Positions 14,496 to 26,088 are shown, numbered from the whole stretch's first letter. The stretch: 63,911 nucleotides of DNA, filler included, from Octopus bimaculoides (GCF_001194135.2; 9 parts of 7 records of this genome joined end to end with filler, not necessarily neighbours in it); one strand, 5' to 3'. Numbers and translations: made by a program. The notes: generated from the sequence alone by a model not told the origin.

Positions 14496-14880
14496 TTCCT
14501 GCATGCCACCACCCTAGCTTGGTACTTTTTATCGAATCCAAAAGCTTGAAGGGCAAAGTTGACTTCAGCGGGATTTGAACTTGGAGCGCAGAGAATTGGA
14601 ACAAATCATCACCATCATCCTTTGACATGGTTGAACAACCAATCCCAAGTAGTCAGGATTTACAATACGATCGACTTCAACACCTAACCTGGTGCTTGAT
14701 TCGGTTGTACTAGTCATCCTTTCGATTGCTGAATACAAAGTCGTGACTCACAAGACCTTCTTTCGGATGACTTTCCTAAGTCACCATCTCACCCTTGTAA
14801 CTTCCTTTCATCCTGTTGATTAGAACAAGCACTGCGTAGTTTTCTATCTAACGCTCAAGCTACTCTGCAAAATCACCTCC
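14496..14880 (-). mobile_element. Family A SINE split by a ~218-bp insertion (14605-14822)
   Basis: SINE body at 14496-14604 and head at 14829-14880. The insert is flanked by GAACAA at 14599-14604 and 14823-14828 and ends in a GAT-repeat tail on the minus strand. Confidence 0.6.
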
Positions 14881-15054
14881 TATACTCACCACCAGTTAGA
14901 TATTTATTTTTGTGTAACTGGTGCATGTAAACTGTATACCTATTATAGTATTGTACTGTTTATTGGCTACTACTTCTATCATTAATTGCCTATTTTTGTG
15001 GGAAATCCAGCAGAGTACAGACAGATTGTTGTCTACTTGTGTTATTTTGTTTAG

Positions 15055-15078
15055 AAGGTACTGTGATTGTTCTTAGTG
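15055..15078 (+). other. Candidate 24-nt microexon
   Basis: Strong acceptor gttattttgtttAG, strong donor GTG|gtaagt. Phase 1 frame reads (E)GTVIVLS(G). Confidence 0.25.
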
Positions 15079-15959
15079 GTAAGTGCATGGGAGGCTGGCA
15101 AGAGAGCATCATACCAGTATGGCCAATATAGCAGTTATGGGTCGGGAAGCTTACAACTTTTACGTTTGCAATCGAACTTATAAATTACATTAACCATTAG
15201 TAACTTACTTGTGAATTTACATGCTTGCAGTTTGTTATTCAAATAACAAGATTTTTAATCATATTAGTTTTGAAGTTCATAATTAGTTTTAGTCTATTAT
15301 TTAATGTAATGCATTTACATTCTGTTTTATGAAGTTTTTGAGAATGTGTTTATCTATTTTATAGTCAGTACGCATTTGATTCATGGAATAGATTTTATGA
15401 GTGACTTGCATTTTTTTCATAGTTGTAGTATTTGTTAGTATTTGTTGTGTTGTATTTATGTATGTATTGTTCTGTGTTGTATTTATGTTTGTGTTGTTCT
15501 GTCTATCAGCCTATCAGTATGTTAGAATACCTTTTGTTGACTAGTGCTTGATTTATTCTATGAAAGAAAATGTAGTTGCCCTTTAAAGTAAGGCTTTTAC
15601 CACTAACATTTTGTATCTGTATGGACATTCTTTGTCGCCATGTTAGTACATGCTTTTGTAGGTGTTTTTGACATAAACGGACGTGATGTATCTGTTATTT
15701 TCTACCTTTACCTTTAAATCTAGACATGGAAATTTTGTAATGCTTGGAGTTTTATTCGTATATTTCTGGATATTTTCTAGATATTCCTTTAGTTTGACTA
15801 CATGTTTCAGTGCGTCTATTATGACGTGTATATCGTTCTCATATATGGTGTATATCGCGTTTCTCGCTTTCTAACCCTTCGTATGTATGTATATACGTAT
15901 GTACATACATACATACATACATGCGTACATGTACACATATGAATAAGTATGTGTACATG

Positions 15960-16340
15960 TAAACAAGGTTACAGGTATGGATGTCATTACATATGTGCTA
16001 AACTTCATGGATGTTTTACATATTTTGACAGTAACTGATAAACTGTAGCTATATAATCTTTTGATTAGGCCTGCTCTTTTTGGTTTTAAGAAACACGGTT
16101 TCTCAAGATTAGTACCAAAGTAGTGAGTCACATAGCCAAGGGTGTCAAAAATCATTAGTGAAATTTTAAAATTATAGCTTGGATTATGTAACTGTCGAGT
16201 TTTCATCAGTTCGGCATAGATGTTTTCTTTTTCATTTCACTTTAACTTTATGTTGGCATTTACTGGGCAACTAATTTCAAATGTTGTAGTCCATGCGTGG
16301 CTCATAATCTTTGTAATGCTAGATGTGGAAATGGATGGAG
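15960..16340 (-). mobile_element. R4/Dong-like RLE non-LTR retrotransposon, 3' fragment
   Basis: FEISCPVNANIKLK*NEKENIYAELMK...IFDTLGYVTHYFGTNLEK...SVTVKICKT aligns with the fragments at 22.5-23.0 kb and 39.7-40.0 kb. Followed by mixed TATG/TACA repeats. Confidence 0.75.
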
Positions 16341-16530
16341 TACAGAGGGATACAGCATTAACCTCTGCTTTTCGACTCCTAGAGTGTTTTATTATGTTGT
16401 AGGGAAGTGGGCATACACCATCCTGTGCATCCCAATTCCGTACATTAAATTCTTCAAGGAAGAAAACGGAACGCAGACTCTAAACTAAAACAGCACAACA
16501 AATATTTTATTACAGTAGAATTCTGCTCAC

Positions 16531-16740
16531 ACTAGGAGGGAATTCGGTAGCATGTCGCCTTTTGGTTAGATGAGACGCCGTCAATGAAGTTGCGTGGTTT
16601 GAAGTCATTTCCTCCTCTCTGGTTAACTATGTGGATTCATTGTAGAGTTGACGGAGAGCTGATGTCGAGACGTCTAACTTCCACGAAGTTCAGCAAGCAA
16701 GAGGCAGAGAGACGCGGGAATGCTTAGATATTGGATGACC
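16531..16740 (-). other. Probable first exon of a divergent minus-strand transcript
   Basis: CpG-rich stretch directly left of the promoter, donor AGT|gtgagc at 16530. Possible ORF start at 16608: MTSNHATSLTASHLTKRRHATEFPPS. Confidence 0.4.
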
Positions 16741-16822
16741 ACGCATGCGCATGAGGGACTTCCTGCATTCCTTCCGGAAGACTAGTCCCTGCGCATGCGC
16801 GGATAAACTCTTGAAAATGGCG
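16741..16822. promoter_or_regulatory. CpG-rich, likely bidirectional promoter (NRF1 x2, ETS x3, YY1)
   Basis: GCATGCGCA at 16743-16751 and TGCGCATGCGC at 16790-16800 (NRF1-type); ACTTCCTG at 16758-16765 and palindromic CTTCCGGAAG at 16771-16780 (ETS); AAAATGGCG at 16814-16822 (YY1-type). Confidence 0.7.
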
Positions 16823-16950
16823 ACTGGTAGCAGGCGCCACTACAGTGTCTACTTCCACCTTTCGAACTTGAACCTCTTGGACTTTTACATACTCCTAGTT
16901 TCTGATATTCACATCCAGCACTGTATAATACAGGTCGCATTTAGATGAAG
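16803..16950 (+). other. First exon of a plus-strand transcript
   Basis: Directly follows the promoter and ends at consensus donor AAG|gtaagt (GT at 16951). Contains a 43-aa ORF (16817-16948) and a terminal ATG AAG. The 5' boundary is approximate. Confidence 0.6.
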
Positions 16951-17662
16951 GTAAGTCGTTTAAGGAATGGTGGACCATTTTGGCCACAGTACAAGGCGGT
17001 CAAAACACACGCTACGCTATTCGCTGTATCAAATCACCTCAGAGGTGATGAATGACTAAATTAACTCTGGTACGATTTGAACACCATAACAGACTTCGAT
17101 TAATACCGTCCAGTCTTGTTAAACAATTAAATGACTTTGGTATATTGCGTTTATTCAAAGATTTTGAATTCCAAGCCATTCACAACATAAGGGAGGCAAG
17201 TCGTGCTTAGGTAATATACATGTTTGTCTAAAACGTATAAACCTCTAAAGTGAACTGACTCGATGTCAGAAATGAAAATGCGATCGAGGGATCCGTTTGG
17301 GAGAAATTTTACAGAACTCTAACTTTTAAAGTCTTAAATACAGAGCAGAGAGTTGACCCAAAACTTGTCAGCGAAATTAGAAACTGCAGAAGCTCGTCGT
17401 TTAGACCGAGAAACTGTATATAAATCAAAGGGCACAGTCATGTTACACACTCAGAGTTATTCTGACTGGGTGCAAGTATCAGCGGAATATTCGTCCACTT
17501 TTACTGCAAAACAAGGACTATACCAGTAATTCAAACACTCAGCTTAGTGTCAAGTTGATTCAGAGAGACACCATAACGTACATTATAAAACCACTCGGGA
17601 CGTTGACTCCATTTCTAACTCACATACACAATTTAATTATATATACGCGTGCAGAGCTTTCT

Positions 17663-17794
<132 letters not shown>

Positions 17795-17829
17795 CTTAGG
17801 AAAACGGAAACAAAACAGAAACAAAAAAA

Positions 17830-18030
17830 ACATTTTATTTATCTCGTTAATAAATGTGCTAAACTTACGCAGCATATGGATAACTCATCCAACCATCTCA
17901 AGCAGGTAACAAAAAAGGCAGTGCTTGTATTTGAGCAGCGCATAGCAACCAACCCTAGCAGTAAGGTGTTCTGGAAATATATACGTTCAAAGCAGAGACC
18001 TCACTCTCCAGTTGGCCCTCTTCGCTGCAT
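17830..18030 (+). mobile_element. CR1/L2/Jockey-type LINE ORF2 fragment (endonuclease-RT linker)
   Basis: FEQRIATNPSSKVFWKYIRSKQRPHSPVGPLR matches the NPKxFWxYxxSK...xGPL motif. Confidence 0.7.
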
Positions 18031-18250
18031 CCGATATACTGCGAGCAGAGGAACGAATCCCTACCACCTTCTAGCGACGCGACCAGCATACCAGTCTGGT
18101 TTCAGGCGATTTCTGCCTCTCATCAGTACTGTGCATTGTTAACCAGCTAGAGGAGATGTCGTCTTCGGGTTAAAAAATAGCAGTAAATTCCGCTCGAACG
18201 TATCAGCCATGTTGAAGTGGCTACGAACATTACTCATATATATACACACA

Positions 18251-18435
18251 AATTAGGTGTTGAAAAGTTCCTGGCTTTGGAGAAGAGGAAATATTGGAGG
18301 ATCAGTTAGTTATGATTTTATTCAATATATTCCCCTCCTAGATTCACACACTTACTGCAGCGGTCCTTCAGTTTTCTAGGCTCTGTAAAAGAACTCGGAA
18401 GGTTGGACCTCCCACCAGGCCTATCACGATACCCT
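18251..18435 (-). mobile_element. Mariner 3' end fragment
   Basis: Minus strand with one frameshift reads AWWEVQPSEFF...LKDRCSKCVNLGGEYIE*. TIR-like GTGTTGAAAAGTTCCTGGCTT at the end. Confidence 0.8.
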
Positions 18436-18738
18436 TATGCATATACAGCTTATTTTATCCCCTGATTTCTCTCCCTCTCTCCCTCTCTTCCCTTCTCTCT
18501 GTGTTGTAAACTCCTGTTTTTAATATTTTCACCTTGCATCTCTTACGCTATCTCTTTCTCTGTTACTCATTCTTCCATCCTTCCATAATTTTCTCTTTCT
18601 GCTCACCGGACTCACTCTCTTGTCAGCATTCGTACAGCTGACTGCGGCTATATACCTCTTCCTTCCCTCCTAATCTGACAATCTCCTATCTACCCTTTTC
18701 TATTTTATCTATCTCATCTATGTCTTTTTACAATGCTT

Positions 18739-18771
<33 letters not shown>

Positions 18772-18782
18772 GTCTTTCTCTG

Positions 18783-18835
<53 letters not shown>

Positions 18836-19337
18836 NNNNNNNNNNNNNNNNNNNNNNNNNNNNNNNNNNNNNNNNNNNNNNNNNNNNNNNNNNNNNNNNN
18901 NNNNNNNNNNNNNNNNNNNNNNNNNNNNNNNNNNNNNNNNNNNNNNNNNNNNNNNNNNNNNNNNNNNNNNNNNNNNNNNNNNNNNNNNNNNNNNNNNNNN
19001 NNNNNNNNNNNNNNNNNNNNNNNNNNNNNNNNNNNNNNNNNNNNNNNNNNNNNNNNNNNNNNNNNNNNNNNNNNNNNNNNNNNNNNNNNNNNNNNNNNNN
19101 NNNNNNNNNNNNNNNNNNNNNNNNNNNNNNNNNNNNNNNNNNNNNNNNNNNNNNNNNNNNNNNNNNNNNNNNNNNNNNNNNNNNNNNNNNNNNNNNNNNN
19201 NNNNNNNNNNNNNNNNNNNNNNNNNNNNNNNNNNNNNNNNNNNNNNNNNNNNNNNNNNNNNNNNNNNNNNNNNNNNNNNNNNNNNNNNNNNNNNNNNNNN
19301 NNNNNNNNNNNNNNNNNNNNNNNNNNNNNNNNNNNNN

Positions 19338-19390
<53 letters not shown>

Positions 19391-19865
19391 GCATAAATAC
19401 ATATACATACATATACACACATATATATACATCAGACATACATATACACATATAGATACATCATACATACATTTACACATATAGATACATCATACATACA
19501 CACACATATATGTGCATGAATACGTACATACACAAGCGTATGTATGTATAAGTATTGTATGTATGTATGTATGTATGTATGGGGGTTGACCGAGACTTCA
19601 AGTTCCACCTCAAGAGATACTTATTCAAACATTGAGCAAAATACAGTTTGAAGTTATTTATGCATAAAAAATCTATACAATCTGTTAAAGAAAAATTTAT
19701 TCATGTGAGACCAGTTCATAATAAAGTATTTCTTTTTATGTTCATCAAAAGCAATAGCAGCGTAAGTAACTTTGTTATGAAGTTTTAACTATTACAAATA
19801 TATCCTGCCCAATTGCAAAAGGTGCTCCTTCTCTGAGAAGCAATCTCTATCAAGCAATCTCATTC

Positions 19866-20098
19866 ATTTCTTTATTGCCCGCAGGGGCTAAACATAGAGG
19901 GGACAAACAAGGACAGACAAAGGGATGAAGTCGATTACGTTGACCCCAGTGCGTAACTAGTACTTATTTAATCGACCCCGAAAAGATAAAAGGCAAAGTC
20001 GACCTTGGCAGAGTTTGAACTCAGAACGTAACGGCAGACGAAATACTGCTAAGCATTTCGCCAGGCGTGCTAACGACTCTGCCAGCTCGCTGCCCTTA
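19866..20098 (-). mobile_element. Full-length tRNA-derived SINE, family A
   Basis: Head GGCAGCGAGCTGGCAGAGTCGTTAGC, B-box GAGTTCAAAC, full body, 3' end caataaagaaa. Similar to 45022-45244. Confidence 0.9.
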
Positions 20099-20296
20099 CG
20101 TAAATTCACTTTACTGTCATGCTTTCACTTCAAACGTGCATTAGGAGAGTTCAAATGCATACTGTGTCATTTTTTATTGTATGTATTCTCATTGTGTATA
20201 TATGGAGTGATAATCTTTTTTTACTTAAAATTCCACATTGTGGTGTCACCTAATTTCAAAATTTCATTCCTTCGTTTTCAGTGTCATATTACACCT

Positions 20297-20855
20297 TAAG
20301 GTGGTGAGCTGGCAGAATCGTTAGCGATCCGGAAAAATTGCTGAGCAGCATTTCTTCCGACATAACGTTTTGAGTTCAAATGCCACCGAGATCGACTTTC
20401 CTTCCATCTTCTCGGGTATGGATAAAATAAGTACTATTTTATCACTGGAGTCGATGTAATCGACATACCCACTATCCGAAATTGCTAGCCTTGTGCCAAA
20501 ATTTGAAACCAATATTATAATACACCTTATGGCAGTGAAATGGCAGAATCGTTAGGGCAGCGAGATTGATAAAATTAATACCAGCTGGAGTCTACGTAAT
20601 CGATGTAATCAACTAACTTCAGGCCTTGTGCTTATATTACGCCTTGAAGCAGCAAGCTGGCAGACTCGTTAAGGCGTTGAGAAAAATGCGCTCTGGTATT
20701 TCTCCCGACTTTTCACATTCTGTTTTCAAATCTGTTTTCAAATTCGTCTTTCATTTTTTTCGGAGTCGATAACATATGTACCAGTCAATATTGAGGTCGA
20801 TGTAACCAACTTTCCCTTCCCTTTCGAAATTCCTCGCCTTATGCCAAAATTTTGA
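20297..20855 (+). mobile_element. Three head-to-tail family A SINEs
   Basis: Heads (c/a)TGGCAGA(a/c)TCGTTA at about 20310, 20540 and 20657; each copy ends in gccttgtgcc/ttatgcc-aaa-like tails. The middle copy is internally deleted. Confidence 0.8.
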
Positions 20856-20899
20856 ATAATTATGTTATACCTTTTTTGACATTCATCGTAGGATTTACT

Positions 20900-22150
20900 T
20901 TATTTTTCATGTATTCCGGATTACACTACGACCAAAAAATATACACAAGAAAAAGAGCAGTACACAAATTAATGACAAAGAAAGCAAAAGGGTGACGAAA
21001 AGTTTTTGATTTTACAATTTTTTTAAAACAACATTTGAAAAGTTTCTTACTGCAATGACTAGAGAGATATTTAGACGGATATGTTCAGATTATTTCAAAG
21101 AGAAAGATGAGTTTCCGACATTTTTCACTGGAAAGATATAATGAAGATTTGTTTCGATCTGAACAAGATTTCCAACGTGGAAATGTAATTAAAATATTTT
21201 TATCAATGAAACTGATGGTAAAATGTTCGAATTGGCAAATACTTTGACGATGTTAAATGACTTGAAATGTAATTATTTTGAAGTTATATAGAAAAATTGA
21301 CCACATATCTTGAAGGGGAATGAAACCTAGTGATGTTGAGATATAATATTTACAAAAAACTGGAATGAGTATTACTGATTTTGAGGTATAATTAAAGCAG
21401 AAATCGTTTGACTGTAACTATGAAGATACAAACTATGTGGTCAGCAACTGATTGACTTATGAGCACGTGTATGAAAAATGTGCAACGAGTAGTTTTCAAG
21501 GAAACAGATCCAGCATTCAGAAAAGTATTGCAAATTGCTGTGGCAACAGAGTGAGTCACTGAAAGCGTTTCAAATTTGCTAGAAGGAAAGCCGCAGAGAA
21601 AAGCTGTGCAGAGAAAAAAATGATACTATGAACCGGAATCAAAAGCAAAATTGTTGCAGATGTAAAGCTACAAATCATTCAAGTAAAATTGTCTAAAGAA
21701 AAATCAAAAAGCAATTTCAGCCATAAAAGCGTCATCTTAGGAAGGATTACAGATTCAGATTAAATCAAAATAAGGATAAACAACAACGGAATAATGAAAC
21801 AAATTTTAAAAGAAAAACTGAGAAAATATTATGTTAAGAATAACAAATGCAACGAAAAGAAGTCCATTTAAAAATTCAGTTGAAAATCAATGGACAGTCA
21901 ACTGAATTCGAATGTGCCACAGGAGCAGCTGTGCCCATAGCTGAAATTACTAAATGGATAAAGATAAGCATGCCTTAATTGAATTTTATCATAATTCAGC
22001 TTTTTGGCCATCGGCACAACTAATTTCACCGAAAGATGTGTGTAAAGTCTCGGTTATATACCAAGCAAAAAACTCCTCACAAATTGAGATTGTTTACTGA
22101 AAGAAATGGGTAGTGACTGAATAAGAAGGTTTGAAATACACGAATGCTCC
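20900..22150 (+). mobile_element. Gypsy/Ty3 LTR retrotransposon gag-protease remnant, heavily decayed
   Basis: VVFKETDPAFRKVLQIAVATE (gag C-terminal pattern) and KINGQSTEFECATGAAVPIAE at about 21.88-21.95 kb (eroded DTGAAVS aspartic-protease motif). Confidence 0.6.
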
Positions 22151-22498
22151 ATAAATGCTTAGGTACGAGAATATGAATACAAATGTGAATATGAATACAA
22201 AAATGAAACAAAAGGAGAAATTGACAACCAATCGCAAACACGTTTAGACAAAAGTTTTGTGGTATTTTTTACCTGGTTTAAGTCTTTTCTCGAAACTGAA
22301 GGCTCATTTACAATTGAAATAACAAACATTACAGAAATTCTACAAGTCATGTTAAGCACTTTACTGTTGCATTGTGTACTTCGTCGTTTTTATTGCATTC
22401 GATTTCACTGGACTCTCTCATACATACATACATACATACATACATACATACATACATACATACATACATGCATGCATACATGTATATATGTATGTATT

Positions 22499-23110
22499 AT
22501 GCGGCACGATGTTGTTGCTAAAACAATTTATAACACCATCCGCAAAAAAGACTGTCCTGAAATAAATTTAGAACATCCCTCTGTTATGGAATGCATTCAT
22601 AAACACCAACTGAAGGAATATTGGTGGAGTATTCCCATCAAAACTTCTGTCAAATGTAAACATAACAGGCCGAATATTGTTGTTTGGGACAGAGAGGCAA
22701 AAGTATGTACCGTCATAGAAGTCAGTTGCCCTGCAGATATAAACATCTCTTAGAAAATCAAAGAAATCAAAAGATATCTATGGACAATTGCTTCGCAACC
22801 TCAAGCTTCTATACCCGGAATATGAATTCATATTCATACCATTAATAATTGGTGCACTAGATTTTGTTAGTAAATGCTTAAAGGAGAATCTGGATAAACT
22901 GGGAATTTCAGAAAGAGAAATCGACCAGCGAATTCGTACACTACAAGTGCAATCTGTGAGTGGAACAGTAAAACTATGCAAGACTTTTTTCAAGTGACAA
23001 ATGTGAATTTACCTGTGTTAACTATATCCCAAAGACGGAGCCTTGTATCTTTGTTGGAAACCGGCTCTCTCCTCAGTGAAAGATTTATAATAATTAAAAA
23101 ATAGAAAAGA
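22499..23110 (+). mobile_element. R4/Dong-like non-LTR retrotransposon 3' end (RLE domain plus 3' UTR) inside a (TACA)n array
   Basis: RHDVVAK...HNRPNIVVWD...IEVSCPADIN...LLRNLKLLYP...IPLIIGAL: RHD / PD(>PN) / E restriction-like endonuclease signature. (TACA)n at 22419-22480 and 23112-23176. Confidence 0.85.
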
Positions 23111-23178
23111 TATACATACATACATACATACATACATACATACATACATACATACATACATACATGCATACATACATA

Positions 23179-24249
23179 TTAGGTTGTTTCACATGAAATG
23201 TCGTATTTGAAAGGTAACAATAAAATGTTTCAGAAGTGTTAGAAAACTGATTTATTTAATCAAAATTTAATCCATGTTCATTTATGACGTTTACCCAACG
23301 TTTCTCTATGTCATATATTCCATCTTTAAAAAAAATTCATCTTTTGCTGTGATAAACTGTCCGAATGCTTCAAGTACTTCTTCTTTGTTTAAAAAATATT
23401 TTATTGCTTATGAAAAGCTCACAATGCTTAAATAAGTGATGGGTTGCTTCTTTTTCAAATTTTCATGCATACAATCAATTTCCTGGCAATAAGATGTTGC
23501 TGTTACCGTTTTTGCATGTTGCAAAAATGAATGATGAATAACCATACAGTGACCACTAACGTTTTAGGGTGCAATAGTAGATTTGGGTAGTGTTTAGGTG
23601 ACTCACCTGCATCTAATCACTGTCCTGTTCTCCTGCTGTTGTCAAAGAGTATCCATTTCCCATCACAAGTAATGATTTGATGCAAAAATGGTCTTTTTCC
23701 AGTCGAGAAAGCAATAAGGAGCACACTTCGAGGCGTCTGTTTTTCTGAATCTCGTTCAGTTGATGTGGAGCAAACCTATCCGTTTTCTTGACTTTTCCAA
23801 TTTTTTATAGATGTCTGAAAACAGTTGTGAGAGATGGTTGGAGTTCTGATGAAAGTTTCGGACCTTTGTTCTCAGAATTTGTTCAACCAAAGCTTTTAAT
23901 CTATCATGCCTACCCCTTGGTTTATTTTCAAGGCTATCATCTCCTGAACGAGAGCTTTGGAACCATCTCTGAACAGTTCTGATGTCAACAAAAACATTAC
24001 CAAAGTCCCGCTTGATATTCCGTTGAGCTTCTGCGGCAGAGTGACCTAGTTTTACTCATACGAAAAATATCACTCAACATACTTTGGTTGTTATCATTTT
24101 CATAAGGTCTGTGGGTACGAATTTTGTATACCAATATTGTTGGGAAAGAAAAAGAGTCAAGATTAAATGCAAGGTATACATAATTGAGTTTTTAAATGAC
24201 TGAAATAACAAGTATTTAAAAATGCGACATTTCATGTGAAACTACCTAA
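23179..24249 (-). mobile_element. Mariner-like element (1071 bp) with both TIRs and TA target duplication; transposase decayed
   Basis: Left end TA|TTAGGTTGTTTCACATGAAATGTCGTATTT and right end AAATGCGACATTTCATGTGAAACTACCTAA|TA differ at 2 positions. Confidence 0.9.
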
Positions 24250-24261
24250 TACATACATACA

Positions 24262-24462
24262 TATGTTTAAGAAAGCTTCGAGATGATAGTAACATCGATC
24301 ATCAAAGCAGTTCATCATGGACCAATAGCCGGATTACTACCTCCCACTTTGAAGGGTATGCGTTTGCAATCCAGGAACAGGAAATATCAACCAAGTATGT
24401 GATGCACAAAAGGGACAGATATGCAGGAAAAGTAGTAAAATATAACAACCGATGCAAATACA
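24262..24462 (+). mobile_element. R4/Dong-like fragment (post-RT region before the CCHC motif)
   Basis: Open frame KLRDDSNIDHQSSSSWTNSRITTSHFEGYAFAIQEQEISTKY...NNRCK matches the EGxxxAIQ(D/E)QxIxT motif. Starts right after TACA repeats. Confidence 0.75.
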
Positions 24463-24499
24463 AATATATATATACACACACACGCACACACATTTAGTG

Positions 24500-25860
24500 T
24501 TTTAGCAATTGCCGCCTCTTTTTTTCTAAAAGCTACACAATGTCACCAAATTATTATAGTTCATTCCTTCGTTCTCATTCTATCACGTCTTTCTGACAGT
24601 CATTTTAAAATTTACTTTTACTTTCCTTCCATTCTGGATTGCACCTAATCAAGAAGTATGCATAATCACAACTGTGGGCTATTTCATAGTTTAGACTTTT
24701 TTTATTTGAACTAAAAAGCATTCTATTATAAGATCATTAAATCCTCATTAATTAACGGCATTCTTAGTTAGGCAAAGAAGTGCGCACTCAAAGAGCCAAT
24801 GCATTAATTCACAGTTTTCCTGGAGGTCTGCAAAAATATGATTGCGAAAGCTTTTAAGTGATTGTCCAGGAAACGCGAAATTAACTGGAATTTTTATCAT
24901 CAATTACATTGCCAATATGTTTTTTGTTTCCTTTATGAATTCTAAGAAGTTCCACACTATTCTGTCCACTGTCATTTGCTTGCATCTGAATGCACATGTT
25001 TCAACTGAATCTGAAGATTTGAACTTCTCAAAGTTCAATCTTCATTAATTTCTTGTGCATGACTTCCATGTGTAGCACAGTTGAGAGAATTTTGTTCTTG
25101 TTACTAGAACATATCATTGAAATTCAACCAAAAGTTCCATCAGATTCAGGAAATCCTCAATATGCGGTTCACTACCTCAAACAACTCGTTAGCACTAGAT
25201 GCTTCATCTTTATGAATCTTGTTGGCTGGTTAGAGTATCAGTTACATTTCTTGGTATTACAATGAAATTTTAATTCCAAGTTATATTCAAATGTACTTTG
25301 AAGCGAGAATGTACGATTAGGCTTTTAAACTTATATCTACAGTAGTTTTTTTAGTCGAGATTCATTAGTGAACCTCTTTACCGAACTCTTGATCATTGTG
25401 TCGAAGAACATTATTCCTTGAAATTAGTTTTTGTCATGCTATAAATCACTACAATGTGAGTCTTATCCATTTAACAAAAAACTTGTACTGTTAACCAGGG
25501 CTGTGGAGTCGAAACTATTGGTACCTCCGACTCTGACTCCGCCTTCTCTTTATGTAATTAAGTAATTGAGGTCTACATATCTCATAAACCATATCCATAC
25601 GCTTGTACTTTGAGTAGGCCTATATGTTATTACTGGTTTATATTAAATAAAGATATTGTGAGTCGAAGTCGGTATAGTTTTACTGATTCCAACTCCAGCT
25701 ACCCCTTAATTGTTTCCGACTCCACAGCCCTGCTGATAACAACTGCAGAGTGTGTCCAACTAACCGCATGAGTGGCGATAATTCAATAAAATGAAGTAAA
25801 CATCCATGCAATGTCAACATACTGTACAGAAACGCAGTAAAAACTTCTTTTCGCATATAA
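24500..25860 (-). mobile_element. Helitron Pif1-like helicase remnant, very decayed
   Basis: Minus-strand traces in helicase order: KFLLN, HGSHAQEIN (cf. GSRAQIIN), DLQENCELMHWLFECALLCLTKNAVN (cf. WLxERAILAPKNxxV). Interrupted by the hAT MITE. Confidence 0.45.
25496..25732. mobile_element. hAT-type MITE (237 bp)
   Basis: Perfect 16-bp TIR CAGGGCTGTGGAGTCG / CGACTCCACAGCCCTG. 8-bp flanks CTGTTAAC and CTGATAAC (7 of 8 match), as expected for a hAT TSD. Confidence 0.9.
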
Positions 25861-25867
25861 AAGACCA

Positions 25868-26088
25868 AATATTGGTTTCAAATCTTGATACAAGGCTAGC
25901 AAGTTCAGGGGAGGGTGTAGGTCGATTACATCGATCCCAGTACTCAATTGGGACTTATTTTATCGACTCCAAAATGATGAAAGGTAAAGTCAAGCTTGAC
26001 AGAATTTGAACTCAGAACGTAAACATAGACGAAATGCCGCTAAACATTTTACACGGCTTGCTAATAACTCTGCCTGGTCGTCGCCTTT
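25868..26088 (-). mobile_element. tRNA-derived SINE, family A
   Basis: Reverse complement of the family A head, B-box and body. Confidence 0.85.

Noticed and set aside
16297-16488. Cys/Trp-rich plus-strand ORF (AHNLCNARCGNGW...) resembling a secreted peptide
   Set aside because: It starts at GTG, and its 5' region and upstream frame are the antisense of the R4-like retrotransposon fragment. No family recognised.
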